Source: a virus
Reading direction: 5' to 3' (one strand)
IMG/VR virus record: IMGVR_UViG_3300045988_162923
DNA: 64,000 nt
Shown piece by piece: positions 1 to 11,720 of the stretch. The translations under genes were made by a program, and so were the position numbers. Within the stretch, counting starts at the first letter, position 1, and every line of letters begins with the position of its first letter. The notes below the pieces were generated by a model. That model did no database searches and was not told the DNA's origin. It was given only the letters and a program-made list of their open reading frames with translations.

Positions 1-129
1 AGCTAATTGATATCTATAAACAAGACTGTCATATATAAAACCCTTTGTATGCTTTTCTATATTTTGTAAATTTTCTGATATAGCATCAAATTTTTGTGCT
101 TTTATCACCATTTTTTTTAATTCTTCCAT
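1..129 (-). CDS. hypothetical protein, N-terminal part only (gene continues past window start)
   Basis: ATG at 129-127 preceded by AAAGGA; frame stays open to the window edge (MEELKKMVIKAQKFDAISENLQNIEKH...). Confidence 0.3.
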   Translation of the reverse strand, partial: MEELKKMVIKAQKFDAISENLQNIEKHTKGFIYDSLVYRYQLA

Positions 130-133
130 ATTT

Positions 134-333
134 CATTCTTTATCCTTTAAAAATTCATTTCCAATTAAAGTCAATTCTTCTTCTAGTGGAGGCGAGTCTA
201 ACATAGATAAAAATTTAGTCCATTCATTTTGATTAAAAATTTTCTAATTGTTATTTTGATTTAGGTTTTCGGTTGTGTCTATCCTCTCCGGGCGGAGTAG
301 ACTCTATGGAATATTAATTTCATCCATTTGTAA
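134..333 (-). CDS. small hypothetical protein with 2 in-frame TAG codons
   Basis: ATG at 333; reading frame stays open only if TAG is sense; TGA stop at 134-136. Weak RBS. Confidence 0.2.
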
Positions 334-511
334 TGAAAGGTTTAAAATTTTTTCATAATGTATCTAGCCAATATTAGGATTACCTTTTCCACCATACACT
401 TTTGAATCATTAGAATCTATTGAAAGATTGATTCTATTATTTATTCCGTTACAATATAAAACTTCATTTCCATCTTTATCATAAAAAGTTGCGCTTTCAA
501 TATTTTGTATT

Positions 512-2251
512 TTAAAAATAATATTCACTCCTACTGACAATTTCATAATCTTCTACTAAAATCTAAGGAGTTATAATTCCGTTCCATTCATTAACAGAAC
601 AACGCCCAATAATATTAATAGATACTTTACCATGCTCAGTATATAATTTTTCAAATTCTTCTTCTGAAGATTTAAATTTAATAATACTAATTTTATTTGG
701 TAAAGTAATTTTTAATGTAGGATTTTTATTTTTTGCCATTAAATTTAAATTTTCAGCAGTCACAGGAACATCTTCCAAAGCAATTAATGCTTCTTCTATT
801 CCTTGTCCCCAAAGATTTTTTAATGTAGCAATATCTGTAATGTCTTCAGGCTTTACATCGACATTATGATAAATAAAATCAACTGTATAAGATGGAATAA
901 ACTAAACATTTTTTAATACTTCATTTGTAATCGTAATAAATAGCTAAATTTCATTATCAGTAATGCCACATCCAAAAGCATTAGGATGACCTTCCGCATA
1001 CATAATCAATCCAGTATCTTGACAGAACTATCTAAAGTCTTTCAAACTAGATTTATCATAACCACGTCCAGACCCTTCCCAAGTAATTGTTCCATCATTA
1101 TGAAATACTTTATTTAAAATTAAAACTGGACGCTAATATTTACTCATTAACTAATTAGCAATTAATCCTGTTAAATTGCGGTCTGCAGAAATATTATCTA
1201 ACTAAATAACTAATAATTTATTTTCTAATAAATTGTTAGCAGTAATTAAATTCTCAATAGTCTCTAAAGTAGCATCTCTAGTTCTAGTCTATCTATTTTT
1301 AATATTAGTACAATTTCTACAAGCCTATTCTACTCTAGGTTCGGCACTACCAGAACAACCACGCTTAGTTGAAGGAATTAATTCATATCCTTTAAAATCT
1401 AACATAGATTCAAATAATACTAATTTTTCTTCCTATGTGCCTACTCGAGTAACAGCATTCACTAAAGGAGCAATATAAAATGCTATATCAATTGGGGTAA
1501 TACTATTAGAAAAATGAAAAGCATCTCTATTAATCATTGTTCTAATAAATGGATTAATAATATGATTTAAACCTTTATCAATAAGTCGTTTAGTTTCATA
1601 ATCTCGTAAGTCCATCATATCAGCAATTAAGCCAAGAGCAACTAAATCTAATAAATCATCAGCATATGTTACATTCATTAATTTATCTAAATAACTACAA
1701 AACTTATAAACCATGCCGACGCCAGATAATGATTTAGTTGGATAGTTACATAACTAATTATTAATTATACAAGCATACTAAGAAACTTTATCTGCTTCGT
1801 GATGATCTATTACTAATACATCAATTCCATGCTCTTTAAGCTATTTATGTTCTTCATAATCATTTGATGAAGAATCTGGAGCAATAACCAATTTAATATC
1901 ATTGCCGATACTATCTAATAATATTCCATGCTATTTGCCTTCATGTACTCGATATGAAATATTATTTTCTACAAAAGCAGGACAGATTTTGTATAAATAA
2001 TTAATTAAAGCAGCCGCGGATGTATAGCCGTCACAATCGCTATCTATCTATATTAAAATTTTATCATTATTATTTATATGTGAAACCAGCATTATGGCCC
2101 CATTTTTTATATTCATAATAGTAGAAGGGTCAAGGATATCATCATCTGTAGTATGTAAATAATGATAGATATTTTTAATACCTCTATTATTAAGAATTTG
2201 TTCAATAGGACTATAACCTGGAATCATTGGGGCTTTTAAATGATATTCCAT
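512..2251 (-). CDS. recJ: RecJ-like DHH/DHHA1 single-strand DNA exonuclease (TAG-recoded, about 12 in-frame TAG)
   Basis: Manual translation through TAG gives IEQILNNRGI, IDSDCDGYTSAAALINYL (motif I), VLVIDHHEADKVS (DHH) and EGHPNAFGCGI (DHHA1 GGH). Joins table ORFs 2048..2326, 1433..1714 and 563..778 in one frame. TAA stop at 512-514. Confidence 0.75.
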
Positions 2252-2252
2252 A

Positions 2253-3044
2253 TTAAATAAATCCCCATTCAGCAAATTTTTCAAATCCACCAATTCTATT
2301 AATATATTCTCTAGCAATTTCAACAATTTCAGTAAAAGGAATCCCGTTTACTGTATCGTCTCCAATAGCACATTTATATTCTACAGGTTCCTCTAATTCT
2401 TGAGCTTTTAAAAAAGCATATATATTTATAGAAATATCTCCTTTAGATAGATCTTTACCATGTAGACCTCCTCCTGTGATGCTATCTCCCATGTCTGATC
2501 CTAATTTTCGGTTAGTGGCTCCAGCATCAACATTAATCCCACCGGACCAATCTCCTAAAGGATTCACTATAGCATCAGGATATTCTAATTGCAACTAAGG
2601 AGAATATACTCGGCTTTGACAAATAATTAATTTATTATCATCCTACTTATCTAAAATATATTTCCCATCAGACTAATATTTATTATAAATATTTCGAGCA
2701 ATTTTAGATAAATCACTTTGTTCTTCAGTAATAGGAGTACCTTTAAAAATTCCATTATCTCCACATCTTAAAGTAATCTGATTATTAGCTAAATTCTTAT
2801 TCTAAGGATGACATCCTAAAAAAACATGTTTTACTTCAGGACATATTCTTTTTACAATTTTTGATATTTCTTGAAATCTAAATATAAAAGAAGACTCTGA
2901 AGTAATATAGCATTCACCATGACCGATTAAAACTTCAACTGCTACTTGAGGATTATCCTAATTTTTATAAGCGAGGTCTACTAAAGCGCCGGCAATTCTA
3001 TCAGCAATTTTATCAGGATGAGCAGGATTTACTTTTTCAAACAT
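2253..3044 (-). CDS. truncated S-adenosylmethionine synthetase (MetK)-like protein, about 264 aa, with in-frame TAG
   Basis: MFEKVNPAHPDKIADRIAGALVD matches the MetK GHPDKIADQISDA motif. GGGLHGKDLSKGD matches MetK GGGAFSGKDPSKVD. ATG at 3044 after AAAGAAAGGA; TAA stop at 2253; 1 nt before the RecJ-like start. Confidence 0.6.
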
Positions 3045-3110
3045 TTAAATCAAAATCCTTTCTTTAAATAGTTGAAGAAATTTTTCTTTTCCTTCATCTA
3101 TTGGACTATT

Positions 3111-4148
3111 TTTATATTGAGTTACCATATTTTTATCAAATATAAAAGATATAGTAACAAAATTTTTATATTTAGTTCTAGTTTTTAATAAATTAATTTT
3201 AAGATGTTTAAATTCATCATCACCAATTATCTAAAACTATCTATCAAAAGCAATAATAATTTCTTCTACGCCACAATCTAATAGTAATTGAATTTGATGT
3301 GAAGAAATATTACTACCACAACAAGCTACTGAAATATTATTATTCCATCCAAAATAAGTGGCATATTTTAAAACTGATTTTTCAGATTCAAAAATAATTG
3401 CTTTTTTCATTTTTTTAATAGCTTGTTTATTCCAATTTAAACCATATAAATTTAGTCCAAGAGGATGATTATATAATTGATTATTAATTTTAATAGGACG
3501 ATATTTACCATATACTTCTGCTTCAGATTTACACATAGTACGTCCGCGCAATCCTATAAAATTACCATTTACATCATAATGAGGAATGGTAATCTAATCT
3601 CCTCCTGGATAATAACCTATATGTGCCTTGGTAAGAACTTCTTGCGAAATTCCTTCATTTAACCAAGGAGTAAGTTTTACTTTATAATTTAATCTTGATA
3701 ATATTGAATCATCATAAGTTTTTAATGTTGTTCTGCTATCTTTTAATTCAATTTCTTGAATTTTAGCATAATTAGAAAGAACTTTCCAATCATCTAAAGT
3801 TTTGCCTTCATTATCATCTTTAATCATACCTGATAACCCAAATCTGCGAGCTATCCATAAAACAGCATCATTTAAATCAAATGTTTCAGCAAATTGAATA
3901 TTCATAATCTTAGAACACAATTCAAATATATCAAAAGTAGAATCGCATCCAGTGTAACACTTAAATAATCCTGTATTATCATAATAATATAATTTACGGC
4001 TACCTTCACCTGGATGATTATGACAAATGGTGGTGGAGACTATTCCAAAATCAGTATATTCAGGATCTCCACCCCATTCAATTAATAAATCAAAAATATT
4101 ATCAAGAGTTAATGCTTGTCTTATTTCTAATTTATCAAATACTATCAT
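3111..4148 (-). CDS. DnaG-like DNA primase (zinc ribbon plus TOPRIM), TAG-recoded
   Basis: CHNHPGEGSRKLYYYDNTGLFKCYTGC zinc ribbon. EEIIIAFDR-TAG-F-TAG-IIGDDEF TOPRIM acidic motifs. Joins ORFs 3594..4148 and 3237..3551 through TAG; TAA stop at 3111. Confidence 0.75.
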
Positions 4149-4330
4149 TAGAATGTAATTACATTAATACAAGTGCCTTTAATGCCAAATTCTTCATTAA
4201 CTACCTTAATAAGGTATTCTTGAGGATGCTTTTTAGCAAACTCTCCTTTAGCAGTCTTTAAATACATATTAGCCATTTCTTTAGGCATCTTATATTCAAT
4301 AGTCCCACCAATAATTTCTTTCTTATTCAT
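4148..4330 (-). CDS. hypothetical protein (60 aa)
   Basis: ORF abutting the primase start (ATGA overlap). Confidence 0.35.
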   Translation of the reverse strand: MNKKEIIGGTIEYKMPKEMANMYLKTAKGEFAKKHPQEYLIKVVNEEFGIKGTCINVITF

Positions 4331-4715
4331 AATTAATCTCCCTATAAAATTAATTTTTCTAATTCATCATTTTCTTTATTTAAATATGAAATTCTAAGTA
4401 ATGGAATACCATGAATTTTACAATAATCATCTTTTAATTTATCACATAACTACTAATATTCAATTTTTTCTTTTGTATTCCATCCGCCTATGTAATTCAT
4501 TGAATGTGTTTCTCCATCATATTCAATCAATTTTTTTACATTATTTTAATCATCTAAAATAGCAAAATCAAATCTTAAATATCCATTTTTAGGGGATAAT
4601 AAATCAAGAAAAACATATTCTAATATTATTTATTTTAAGAATATTCTCAATAAAATATTCACCATGAGATTGTTTCATACAACCACAAGACATAGTATTA
4701 TTCTATTTTAACCAG

Positions 4716-6245
4716 TTAGAACGCACTCTCTTCTTCAATCATAATTCTCATATCATCAATAGGTACTAGTTCATAATTATAAGTAGTACAGAACATAGGA
4801 GTAATTCTACATACACCTAAATCTGCTTTACACCATAAAATTATTCCTTTATATCTACCTCGTCTATTTTTATAAATAGACATTTTAATAGTTGGAGTAT
4901 CAAATAAATTAGCATTTAATATATCTTTTAGAGCAATTAAATCATCATCTTGAACATTTAATAAAATTGAACCATAATCAATTTTATCTGCAATAGATTT
5001 TGCACCACGAAGCAAATTTTGGTCAGGAGTTTTAGAATCTACATAATCACCATTCAGCTATGTAGCAGACATAATAAATACTCCATATTGATTACAAATA
5101 TCTTTTAATCGAGTTGATAACATAAAAAGAATATTATCTTCACGCAATTTAACTCCACCACTTCGTTTAGTAATTTCTTCTAAAATTTTCATACTTGTAT
5201 GAATATAATCGTGAAAAATATACTTTACTCCATAATCTCTAATTGCTTTTTTAATTTCATTTTCTACATCTTGTAATGAAAAATCAGGTAATTCTCGTAA
5301 GTAAATAGGACTATCTTCAATAATTTGGCCAGCTTGAATTATTCTTTCTTCTTCATCGCCTTCATATGAACCATTTATAATATGCTCTTCATTCACGTTA
5401 GAAAGAAAAGCTAACATCATTGTTTGGATTTCACTTAAATCTTGTTCTGTTGCGATATAAAGAACTGGTTCACTAACGCCATTTTTAATCCAACCGAAAT
5501 TTTCATTATATATTTTATTACAAGCAATATTACAAGCATCGGCAATCATAGAACGAGTTTTACCAACACCAGTAGCAGCAGATCGCAAATAAAACTTTCT
5601 TAATCTGGCACCACGAGTAACTGTATTAATTAACGGACCATATAGAGGGCTTCCTACTTCTGGATGCTCTTTAAGAGATTCAATTAAATCAAATATTCCA
5701 GTACCTGCTTGTACAGCGACACCTTCTACATTATTTACATATTCATATTTAATTTCATCTATTCTATCATCTACTAATTGTGCGATATGCTCCAATGTAG
5801 AGTTATCTAAATTTTCTTCTTGTAATTGCTTTTTTTCAACATCTAAGATATTATCAGGGTCATATATAAAAGATACATCAATACCATAGTTATCATAAGC
5901 ACGAAGCAATGACATCTTTTTTAAACGACCATAATAATAATCAAAAGATAAAATTTTAGAATTTTCAGCTACTTTTAATAACCATTCTTCACCTTTGTTA
6001 GCTTTATAAATTCCTTCATATTTAGGACGGTCTGCTAAAAAATCAGAAATATTTTCTAGTGTAATTTTTTCAGCTCCTAATTCATGAATCTTATAAATAG
6101 CTCCAAAAATTATACGATGAAATTGATCAGCAAAATCTTCATCAGTTATAGTATATTTATCAGTTAAATCTAGTAATTGAGGAGTATTAAAAACACAACC
6201 AATTACCTACATAATAGCAGTCGAATCAACATATTTACTACTCAC
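4716..6245 (-). CDS. dnaB: DnaB-like replicative DNA helicase (2 in-frame TAG)
   Basis: N-terminal domain VIGCVFNTPQLLD...EDFADQFHRIIFGAI. Walker A GARLRKFYLRSAATGVGKTR. C-terminus MSAT-TAG-LNGDY...LRGAKSIADKID...KNRRGRYKG aligns with E. coli DnaB SQLNRSLEQR...LRESGSIEQDAD...GKQRNGPIG. Likely GTG start at 6245 after AAGGAGA. Confidence 0.8.
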
Positions 6246-6246
6246 T

Positions 6247-6762
6247 CTAGTTCTCCTTATCATCCAAGAATGTAAATAGTCTTCGTTTCATAGGTATTCG
6301 TTTTGGTAATGGAATTATTACCACTTTTTCTTTTGGTACATAATCTTGTATAACTTTACCTTGATTCGACTGTTGCGCCATCCATAAATTATAATAATAA
6401 TTATAAGCATCTTTATAAATATATGGAATAATTCCTATACCACCATTAGCTTTTGCCTTACTATTACCTTTTACTTCATAAAAATAAACTAAAGCTTTTA
6501 ACATTCCTGAATAAGTGTAATTATAATCTTCTATATATGTATTCATCTATTTGCGCACACGAGCATTAATATAAGTTTCATCAAGTAAATTCATTACATA
6601 TTTTTCAAATTTTTCTTTATCATTTTCTTCTTCTTGCTTTTTTTTATTCTCTGCTTGTGCGCAAGCAGGATGCGCATATCGTCTAGAAGATACTTGAATA
6701 TATGGATATTTATCTCTATCAAATACTTGCTAACAATAGATACATTTTACTTTATGAGCCAT
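6247..6762 (-). CDS. zinc-ribbon protein, hypothetical (2 in-frame TAG)
   Basis: MAHKVKCIYC-Q-QVF...YAHPAC upstream of table ORF 6247..6546 in the same frame. Confidence 0.4.
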
Positions 6763-6827
6763 ATATTCACACCTTTCATAAAATTCTTCTTTTATATATT
6801 ATAACATAAAATAATAAAAAAATCAAC

Positions 6828-6858
6828 CCAAGGCGATTTTTATCTCGCCTTGGGCCTA
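6828..6858 (-). terminator. rho-independent terminator hairpin
   Basis: CCCAAGGCGAGATAAAAATCGCCTTGGG followed by TTGATTTTTTT (T-tract doubles as -35) after the stop of gene 6864..7853. Confidence 0.55.
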
Positions 6859-6863
6859 TCTTA

Positions 6864-7853
6864 TTAAGACTGAGGAACTAATTCTTCCTTAATCTCATTA
6901 ATAATTAAACTAATGAACTCTGCCTGATCCATTGTAGCTTCTGAAATTTTCTTACCCTTACCAAGATACTTTTCAATAACTCTTGTAACACGAGGAGCAT
7001 AATACTCAGAATTCTTTGCCATTAAATCACCAACTAATTGCTGGAATTCAGCCATTAAAGCATCATAATCATAATTCTTAGCAATAGAAGTTGCTTCACG
7101 CTGATCAGTAACAAATTTATTATCATACATCTGAGCTTCCTTGTCAATAGCATCATTCAATGCCTTAACCAAATTTTCATAAGAAAATTCAATAGAAGGA
7201 ACAATATACTTAAAACGGCAACCAGTTTCAGCACTGTTATCAACAGAACGTAGGATTAAACGAACTTTAGCTTCACCATTTTCAGTATATTTTTCAGCAT
7301 AAGCATAAATATCAGCCATATTCTTAGCAATATCATTGTAAGAAGTAGGGCAAGTAGGAACAATTTGATTATACTCTACGCCAGTCTTAGTCTTAAAAGT
7401 CTTATCTTTACTATGAGAAATAAAAACGACAGCATAACCAAGCTGAGCAATAGTTCTAAACATTTCCTCAAACTCTTTCTTTACAAGGGTCCAGCCTTGT
7501 CCATAAGGAATACCAGAAAGAGTATCTACACTATTCTGTGCGCAAATATATTTTTCGCAGAACTGTCCAGCAATATCAACTGTATCAACTGCGATAGACT
7601 TGAATCTCTCTTTTACTTCTGGCTTTTTCAATTCTCGAAGAATTTGCTTCATATCGCCCCAAGAAGTAATATCCTGTGCTAATACGCCAGGCAAAGCATT
7701 ATATCCTCGTTCAAAAGCAAGAATCAATGCTGAAGGCATATGAGAGGCAAAAGTAGTTTTACCAGATTTTTCAGCACCATAGATATAAGTAATATATCCA
7801 GAAAGATCACGACTGACCTTATGAGGAGTAAGGTCTAACAGATTAATAGCCAT
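6864..7853 (-). CDS. P-loop ATPase (Sak4/RecA-like AAA family)
   Basis: Walker A GAEKSGKTTFA; hydrophobic stretch then D (Walker B-like); intact 329-aa ORF. Confidence 0.55.
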   Translation of the reverse strand: MAINLLDLTPHKVSRDLSGYITYIYGAEKSGKTTFASHMPSALILAFERGYNALPGVLAQDITSWGDMKQILRELKKPEVKERFKSIAVDTVDIAGQFCEKYICAQNSVDTLSGIPYGQGWTLVKKEFEEMFRTIAQLGYAVVFISHSKDKTFKTKTGVEYNQIVPTCPTSYNDIAKNMADIYAYAEKYTENGEAKVRLILRSVDNSAETGCRFKYIVPSIEFSYENLVKALNDAIDKEAQMYDNKFVTDQREATSIAKNYDYDALMAEFQQLVGDLMAKNSEYYAPRVTRVIEKYLGKGKKISEATMDQAEFISLIINEIKEELVPQS

Positions 7854-8009
7854 TATTTAATTTTCTCCTTTTTCTCCAATTCAAATAATTTACAATATTC
7901 ATTTAGTAATTTATCTATTTCTTCTTTATTTAACAAAACATCATCATCATATAATATATTTAGTTTAGCACGATGGCCTCTAGGGAGGCCATCATCTATT
8001 GGCTATTTA

Positions 8010-8942
8010 TTAAAAATTAAATCCACCGGGAGCAGGAGCAGCGATGCTTGCATTTTTAGCAGCTTTATATTCATCTTGTCTTTGCTTAATAGTAGCAAGA
8101 TAAGTCTGACGCTGAGTCATGGCATCAGTTAATTCCTGCGCGGTCAAGAATTCTTCTTCATCCCAAGGATATGGATCCTTAGCGCCACCAGTAATTACAA
8201 AGTCCTTACGAGTAGTCTGTACTTCACGAACATTATCTTCACCAAAAGCAGACTCTTCACGAATCTCACGCACAATAGTTTCAGATACCTGACGGCCCCA
8301 AACCTTAGTAAATACTGGTTCTGAGTTAGAAGCACCAAGTCCTTCATAATAAGCCATAGCTCCTGGATTGGTAGCAGAGAATTCAACTGGCAATAAAGCT
8401 TTACGGAAATCAAAAATTGCTCCCTTAACAATTACCTTCTCAGGAAGTTTCTTTTCTTCATCACCATCAATATGAATTACACCAGTAATAACCATATCAC
8501 ACTTAAAAGTATTTCTTACTTTTTCATCTTCTGCTAAAGTATTAGTCAGATGAACAAATCCACCTTCATTGCGCTTAGTGCTAACAAGTTCTGACTTACC
8601 GTTACGATCAGAATAGAATTCATTCAAACCAATAGCAGAATCAACACGAAGTTTAGCAGCCTTATCAGCACCATCTTTCATATAAGTACCTACTAAGCCA
8701 TCAATAATATTCTGAAGAAGAGTATAAGTGGCATTTGCACTTCCCTTAGAAGTTGTAGGAGTTACATAAGTAAAATGAACTTGAACGATATTAGTTAAAG
8801 CATCATCAGTAGCGATGCTAATAGTACCAGAAATAAAAGGAGTGCCAGGAGTCTTAGAATTAGGTCCAGAAACCTTTGATTCCAAATTATGTTCATACAA
8901 AATACCTTCAATATGAGTTACATTTTCCATAGTTTTCTTCAT
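8010..8942 (-). CDS. hypothetical protein (310 aa), possible ssDNA-binding or recombination protein
   Basis: Intact ORF between the ATPase and a wHTH gene; no diagnostic motif recognised. Confidence 0.35.
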   Translation of the reverse strand: MKKTMENVTHIEGILYEHNLESKVSGPNSKTPGTPFISGTISIATDDALTNIVQVHFTYVTPTTSKGSANATYTLLQNIIDGLVGTYMKDGADKAAKLRVDSAIGLNEFYSDRNGKSELVSTKRNEGGFVHLTNTLAEDEKVRNTFKCDMVITGVIHIDGDEEKKLPEKVIVKGAIFDFRKALLPVEFSATNPGAMAYYEGLGASNSEPVFTKVWGRQVSETIVREIREESAFGEDNVREVQTTRKDFVITGGAKDPYPWDEEEFLTAQELTDAMTQRQTYLATIKQRQDEYKAAKNASIAAPAPGGFNF

Positions 8943-8964
8943 AAATTATTTTTCTCCTTAATAA

Positions 8965-9249
8965 TTACACAATTTCAATATTTTTACCTTTTTCTGTTAA
9001 AGTATAAACAATTGGATTTTGACTCACTTTTTCTACAAATCCATCAGATACCAATTTACGCATTGAACCAGAAATTGCTCGACTTGAAATAAACAAACCT
9101 TCAGCAATATCTCTTGACTTAACCATAACTTGATCCTGATTGTCTCTCATCCATTGAAGAATTTGTTTACCACTATCAGTGAATAATGGCTTTTCAACTT
9201 CTTCTTCACTTTTCAATGCATTCCAATAAAGTTCAGCATCTTCATTCAT
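8965..9249 (-). CDS. winged-helix DNA-binding protein
   Basis: RDIAEGLFISSRAISGSMRKLVSDGFVEK HTH-like segment. Confidence 0.4.
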   Translation of the reverse strand: MNEDAELYWNALKSEEEVEKPLFTDSGKQILQWMRDNQDQVMVKSRDIAEGLFISSRAISGSMRKLVSDGFVEKVSQNPIVYTLTEKGKNIEIV

Positions 9250-9397
9250 TTCTGTTGGAATACCATTATTAGCAGCATTATTAATTAAATCTTCAACGAA
9301 TTTTACAAATTCCTATTTTTTACTCATTAATTTTTACTCACTTTCTTTACCTTGTATAAATATTATAACATATTTATTAAGAAAAATCAACTAACGA

Positions 9398-10027
9398 TTA
9401 ATTAATCAAGAATTCTTCAGCATAAGGTAAAGTCTCAATCCATTTACAAAACTCTCGCCACTCAGGTAATCTATGATTTTTTCTTTGTTTATAAATATTT
9501 CTTAAACATCTATAATTAGTAGTCATACGAGCAGTTAGAGTAAATCCAGCAGGATTAGAATAAAGAATCTCTAAATACATTTCTTTTAGTATTCTATTCA
9601 ATTCAGCGACTATTTCAGGATATCCTTTCGCTGCTTCCCGCACTTCAATAAACGCATTATATTCTTTGACTTTTTCTTTCATAATTTCAATAATGCGTTT
9701 ATCAACATATCCGTTATATGCTTGGTCTAAATCAAATTTAGTGATACGATGCATTGTAGATTGAGAACTTACAAATTCTAAGAATCTATAACGCTCTGCT
9801 TCAACCCACATTTTATTACTACAAGTTAAATCAAAATTAACTCTAATGCCAGTTAAAAATTGACTATGAGCAGTATTACCATCTTTAGTAGCTTTAACTA
9901 AATTTAGACCTCTATTTTTATCTTGTTCTGTTACTGGATGCTATTCTGCGACAGTACGCATTGGATATCCAGCAGCAACAAGGCATTCATCTAAATCATA
10001 AATTTTTACATTATTTACAATTGACAT
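9398..10027 (-). CDS. ThyX-like (flavin-dependent thymidylate synthase fold) protein with RHR replaced by RYR
   Basis: HSQFLTGIRVNFDL...KMWVEAERYRFLEFVSSQSTMHR versus ThyX HETPFEHIVFTFHV...RQWFRHRIASYNELSGRYS. C-terminal TTNYRCLRNIYKQR versus TVNARSLMNFLNLR. ATG at 10027; 1 TAG. Confidence 0.35.
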
Positions 10028-10308
10028 TAATCATCATCCTCCGAAAGAGAATAACCAATTACATTACCAAGTCCACGGACTAAAACCTCAATTTCATCAA
10101 TTAAAAATTTTTGATTTGAACTTCTTCCTTGGTAATGATTAACAAAATCAGCATAAGACATAAAATTTAAATCTTTAAATCCATATCTTAATGCTTTATC
10201 CTACATCATAGCAGGGTTGGAACATACAATAGTAGCATTAGTATCTTTAGCAATTAAAAATAATCTACCAGTTTTACCTGTACCACGTTTATCAATAACT
10301 CTATACAT
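10028..10308 (-). CDS. small P-loop protein (93 aa, 1 TAG)
   Basis: IDKRGTGKTGRL P-loop; AAAGGA RBS; TAA stop overlaps the next start (TAATG). Confidence 0.35.
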
Positions 10309-10319
10309 AAAATTATCCT

Positions 10320-11288
10320 TTACTTAATACTATAACCAAATTCTTTTGCTTTAAAATAATCTTGCCAATAATCTTCTCTAGCATCTAACTAATCGCGAGA
10401 ACATTCCTCAATTACTTCAAAGCTGAAATTTTCTACTCCAATAGCCAACATAGCAGGATATAATTTATTGCGGGTCGGTGTTTCCGCACCTATTCCACGT
10501 TTAATATGCTATTTCCATCGGTCAGCTAAATTAACTGCCTAGCCAACATAACACATATTATTATTTAAATTTGTAATTTTATAAATACCAGTATGGACTC
10601 CTAACCCAATTACACGACCAATTAAATCAGTTGTAGGTTTTTCATAATAACATTTCCAAATAACTTTATTAAGAGGCTCTGGATTGCGCAAATGCTTACC
10701 TACTTCATGTAATTCTTTTATTTCATCTAAATCCTCTACTGGAAGAACTAATTTATAAAAATCATTCTTTACTCGAATTTCTTCGGCGCGCTTACTTGCT
10801 TCAACAGAAGCATCGACTTTTTTCTATTGCTCTTGGATTGCTTTATCTAATTTATCTAATTCAATTTTTTTCTCAGCAATTAAATTAGAAATAGATTGCG
10901 CACAATCTGCCATTATATTTTGATAATCACTCTAGTATTGTTCTGCTTGAGCATTATAATAATTGCTAGCATTCTCTAAAGATTTATCTAAATTAGTTCG
11001 TGCTAATTCCATATTTTTTTGATAGAAAATATCAGCCGATTCTTTTGCTTGCTATTCTAAAGCAGAAATACTTGATTGAATTTCATCTCTTTTACCTTGT
11101 AAAGACCCTAATTCAATTTGTAAATCTTTAGTTACTTTTTCTAGCTGCTGTTTTTCAGCGTATAAATTATTATTTAATTTTTCAATGTTTAAATCATATT
11201 CTTTAGTTTTTTTTATTTTAGGCTAAAGAATAAAATAAACAATCGCTCCGCCGATTAGTAATGATATTAAACAAAATAAATAAGGCAT
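10320..11288 (-). CDS. membrane-anchored coiled-coil protein with C-terminal GIY-YIG nuclease domain (7 TAG)
   Basis: N-terminal TM helix (LFCLISLLIGGAIVYFIL), long coiled coil, then GIYKITNLNNNMCYVG-Q-AVNLADRWK-Q-HIKRG, a GIY-YIG motif. Confidence 0.5.
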
Positions 11289-11342
11289 ATTATAATTAAA
11301 AGGGGTAGATTATTAATAAATCTACCCCTTAATATATCTTAA

Positions 11343-11609
11343 TTACTCAGCGTCGGGAGCATCAGGGTCAAAACTCATACCGGCTGGGGTAAGAGAAAGG
11401 AACTTAACCTGCTTGTGAGTTCCATCTTCAATCTCGATTTCAGCAGCGGTACGAACACCAAGGCCCTTGCGCTGAATAGCAGAGGTAAAAATACCATCAA
11501 CAGAGCGCTTTTCAAGACCGAGAGCAGCAGCAACATCAGCAGCAGTAACGTCCTGGCCATTGACTTCCTTCAAATAATTCAAAACTTTCTTAGAATTTTC
11601 CTTCATCAT
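11343..11609 (-). CDS. small hypothetical protein (88 aa), GC-rich, no TAG
   Basis: Intact ORF downstream of a perfect TTGACA-17-TATAAT promoter; terminator hairpin at 11301-11331. Confidence 0.45.
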   Translation of the reverse strand: MMKENSKKVLNYLKEVNGQDVTAADVAAALGLEKRSVDGIFTSAIQRKGLGVRTAAEIEIEDGTHKQVKFLSLTPAGMSFDPDAPDAE

Positions 11610-11679
11610 AATAAATAAATCTCCTTTTAAAATACATAAATAATTTTTTTAATTTTTTTCTTTAAGCCTTTAGCTTATG

Positions 11680-11720
11680 TAAATATTATATCAAAAATTT
11701 TTTTATTTGTCAAGAGTTTT
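11680..11720 (-). promoter_or_regulatory. sigma-A-type promoter TTGACA-17-TATAAT
   Basis: Minus-strand read: TTGACAAATAAAAAAATTTTTGATATAATATTTAC upstream of gene 11343..11609. Confidence 0.55.

Noticed and set aside
363-546. ORF 364..546 as a separate gene
   Set aside because: Overlaps the RecJ-like 3' end in another frame with no start context; low confidence, not reported as a feature.
2253-2594. GGGLHGKD read as the DHHA1 GGGH motif of RecJ
   Set aside because: It lies N-terminal to the DHH motif in a different frame and matches the MetK GGGAFSGKD loop; the true DHHA1 GGH motif (EGHPNAFGCG) is near 950-1000.
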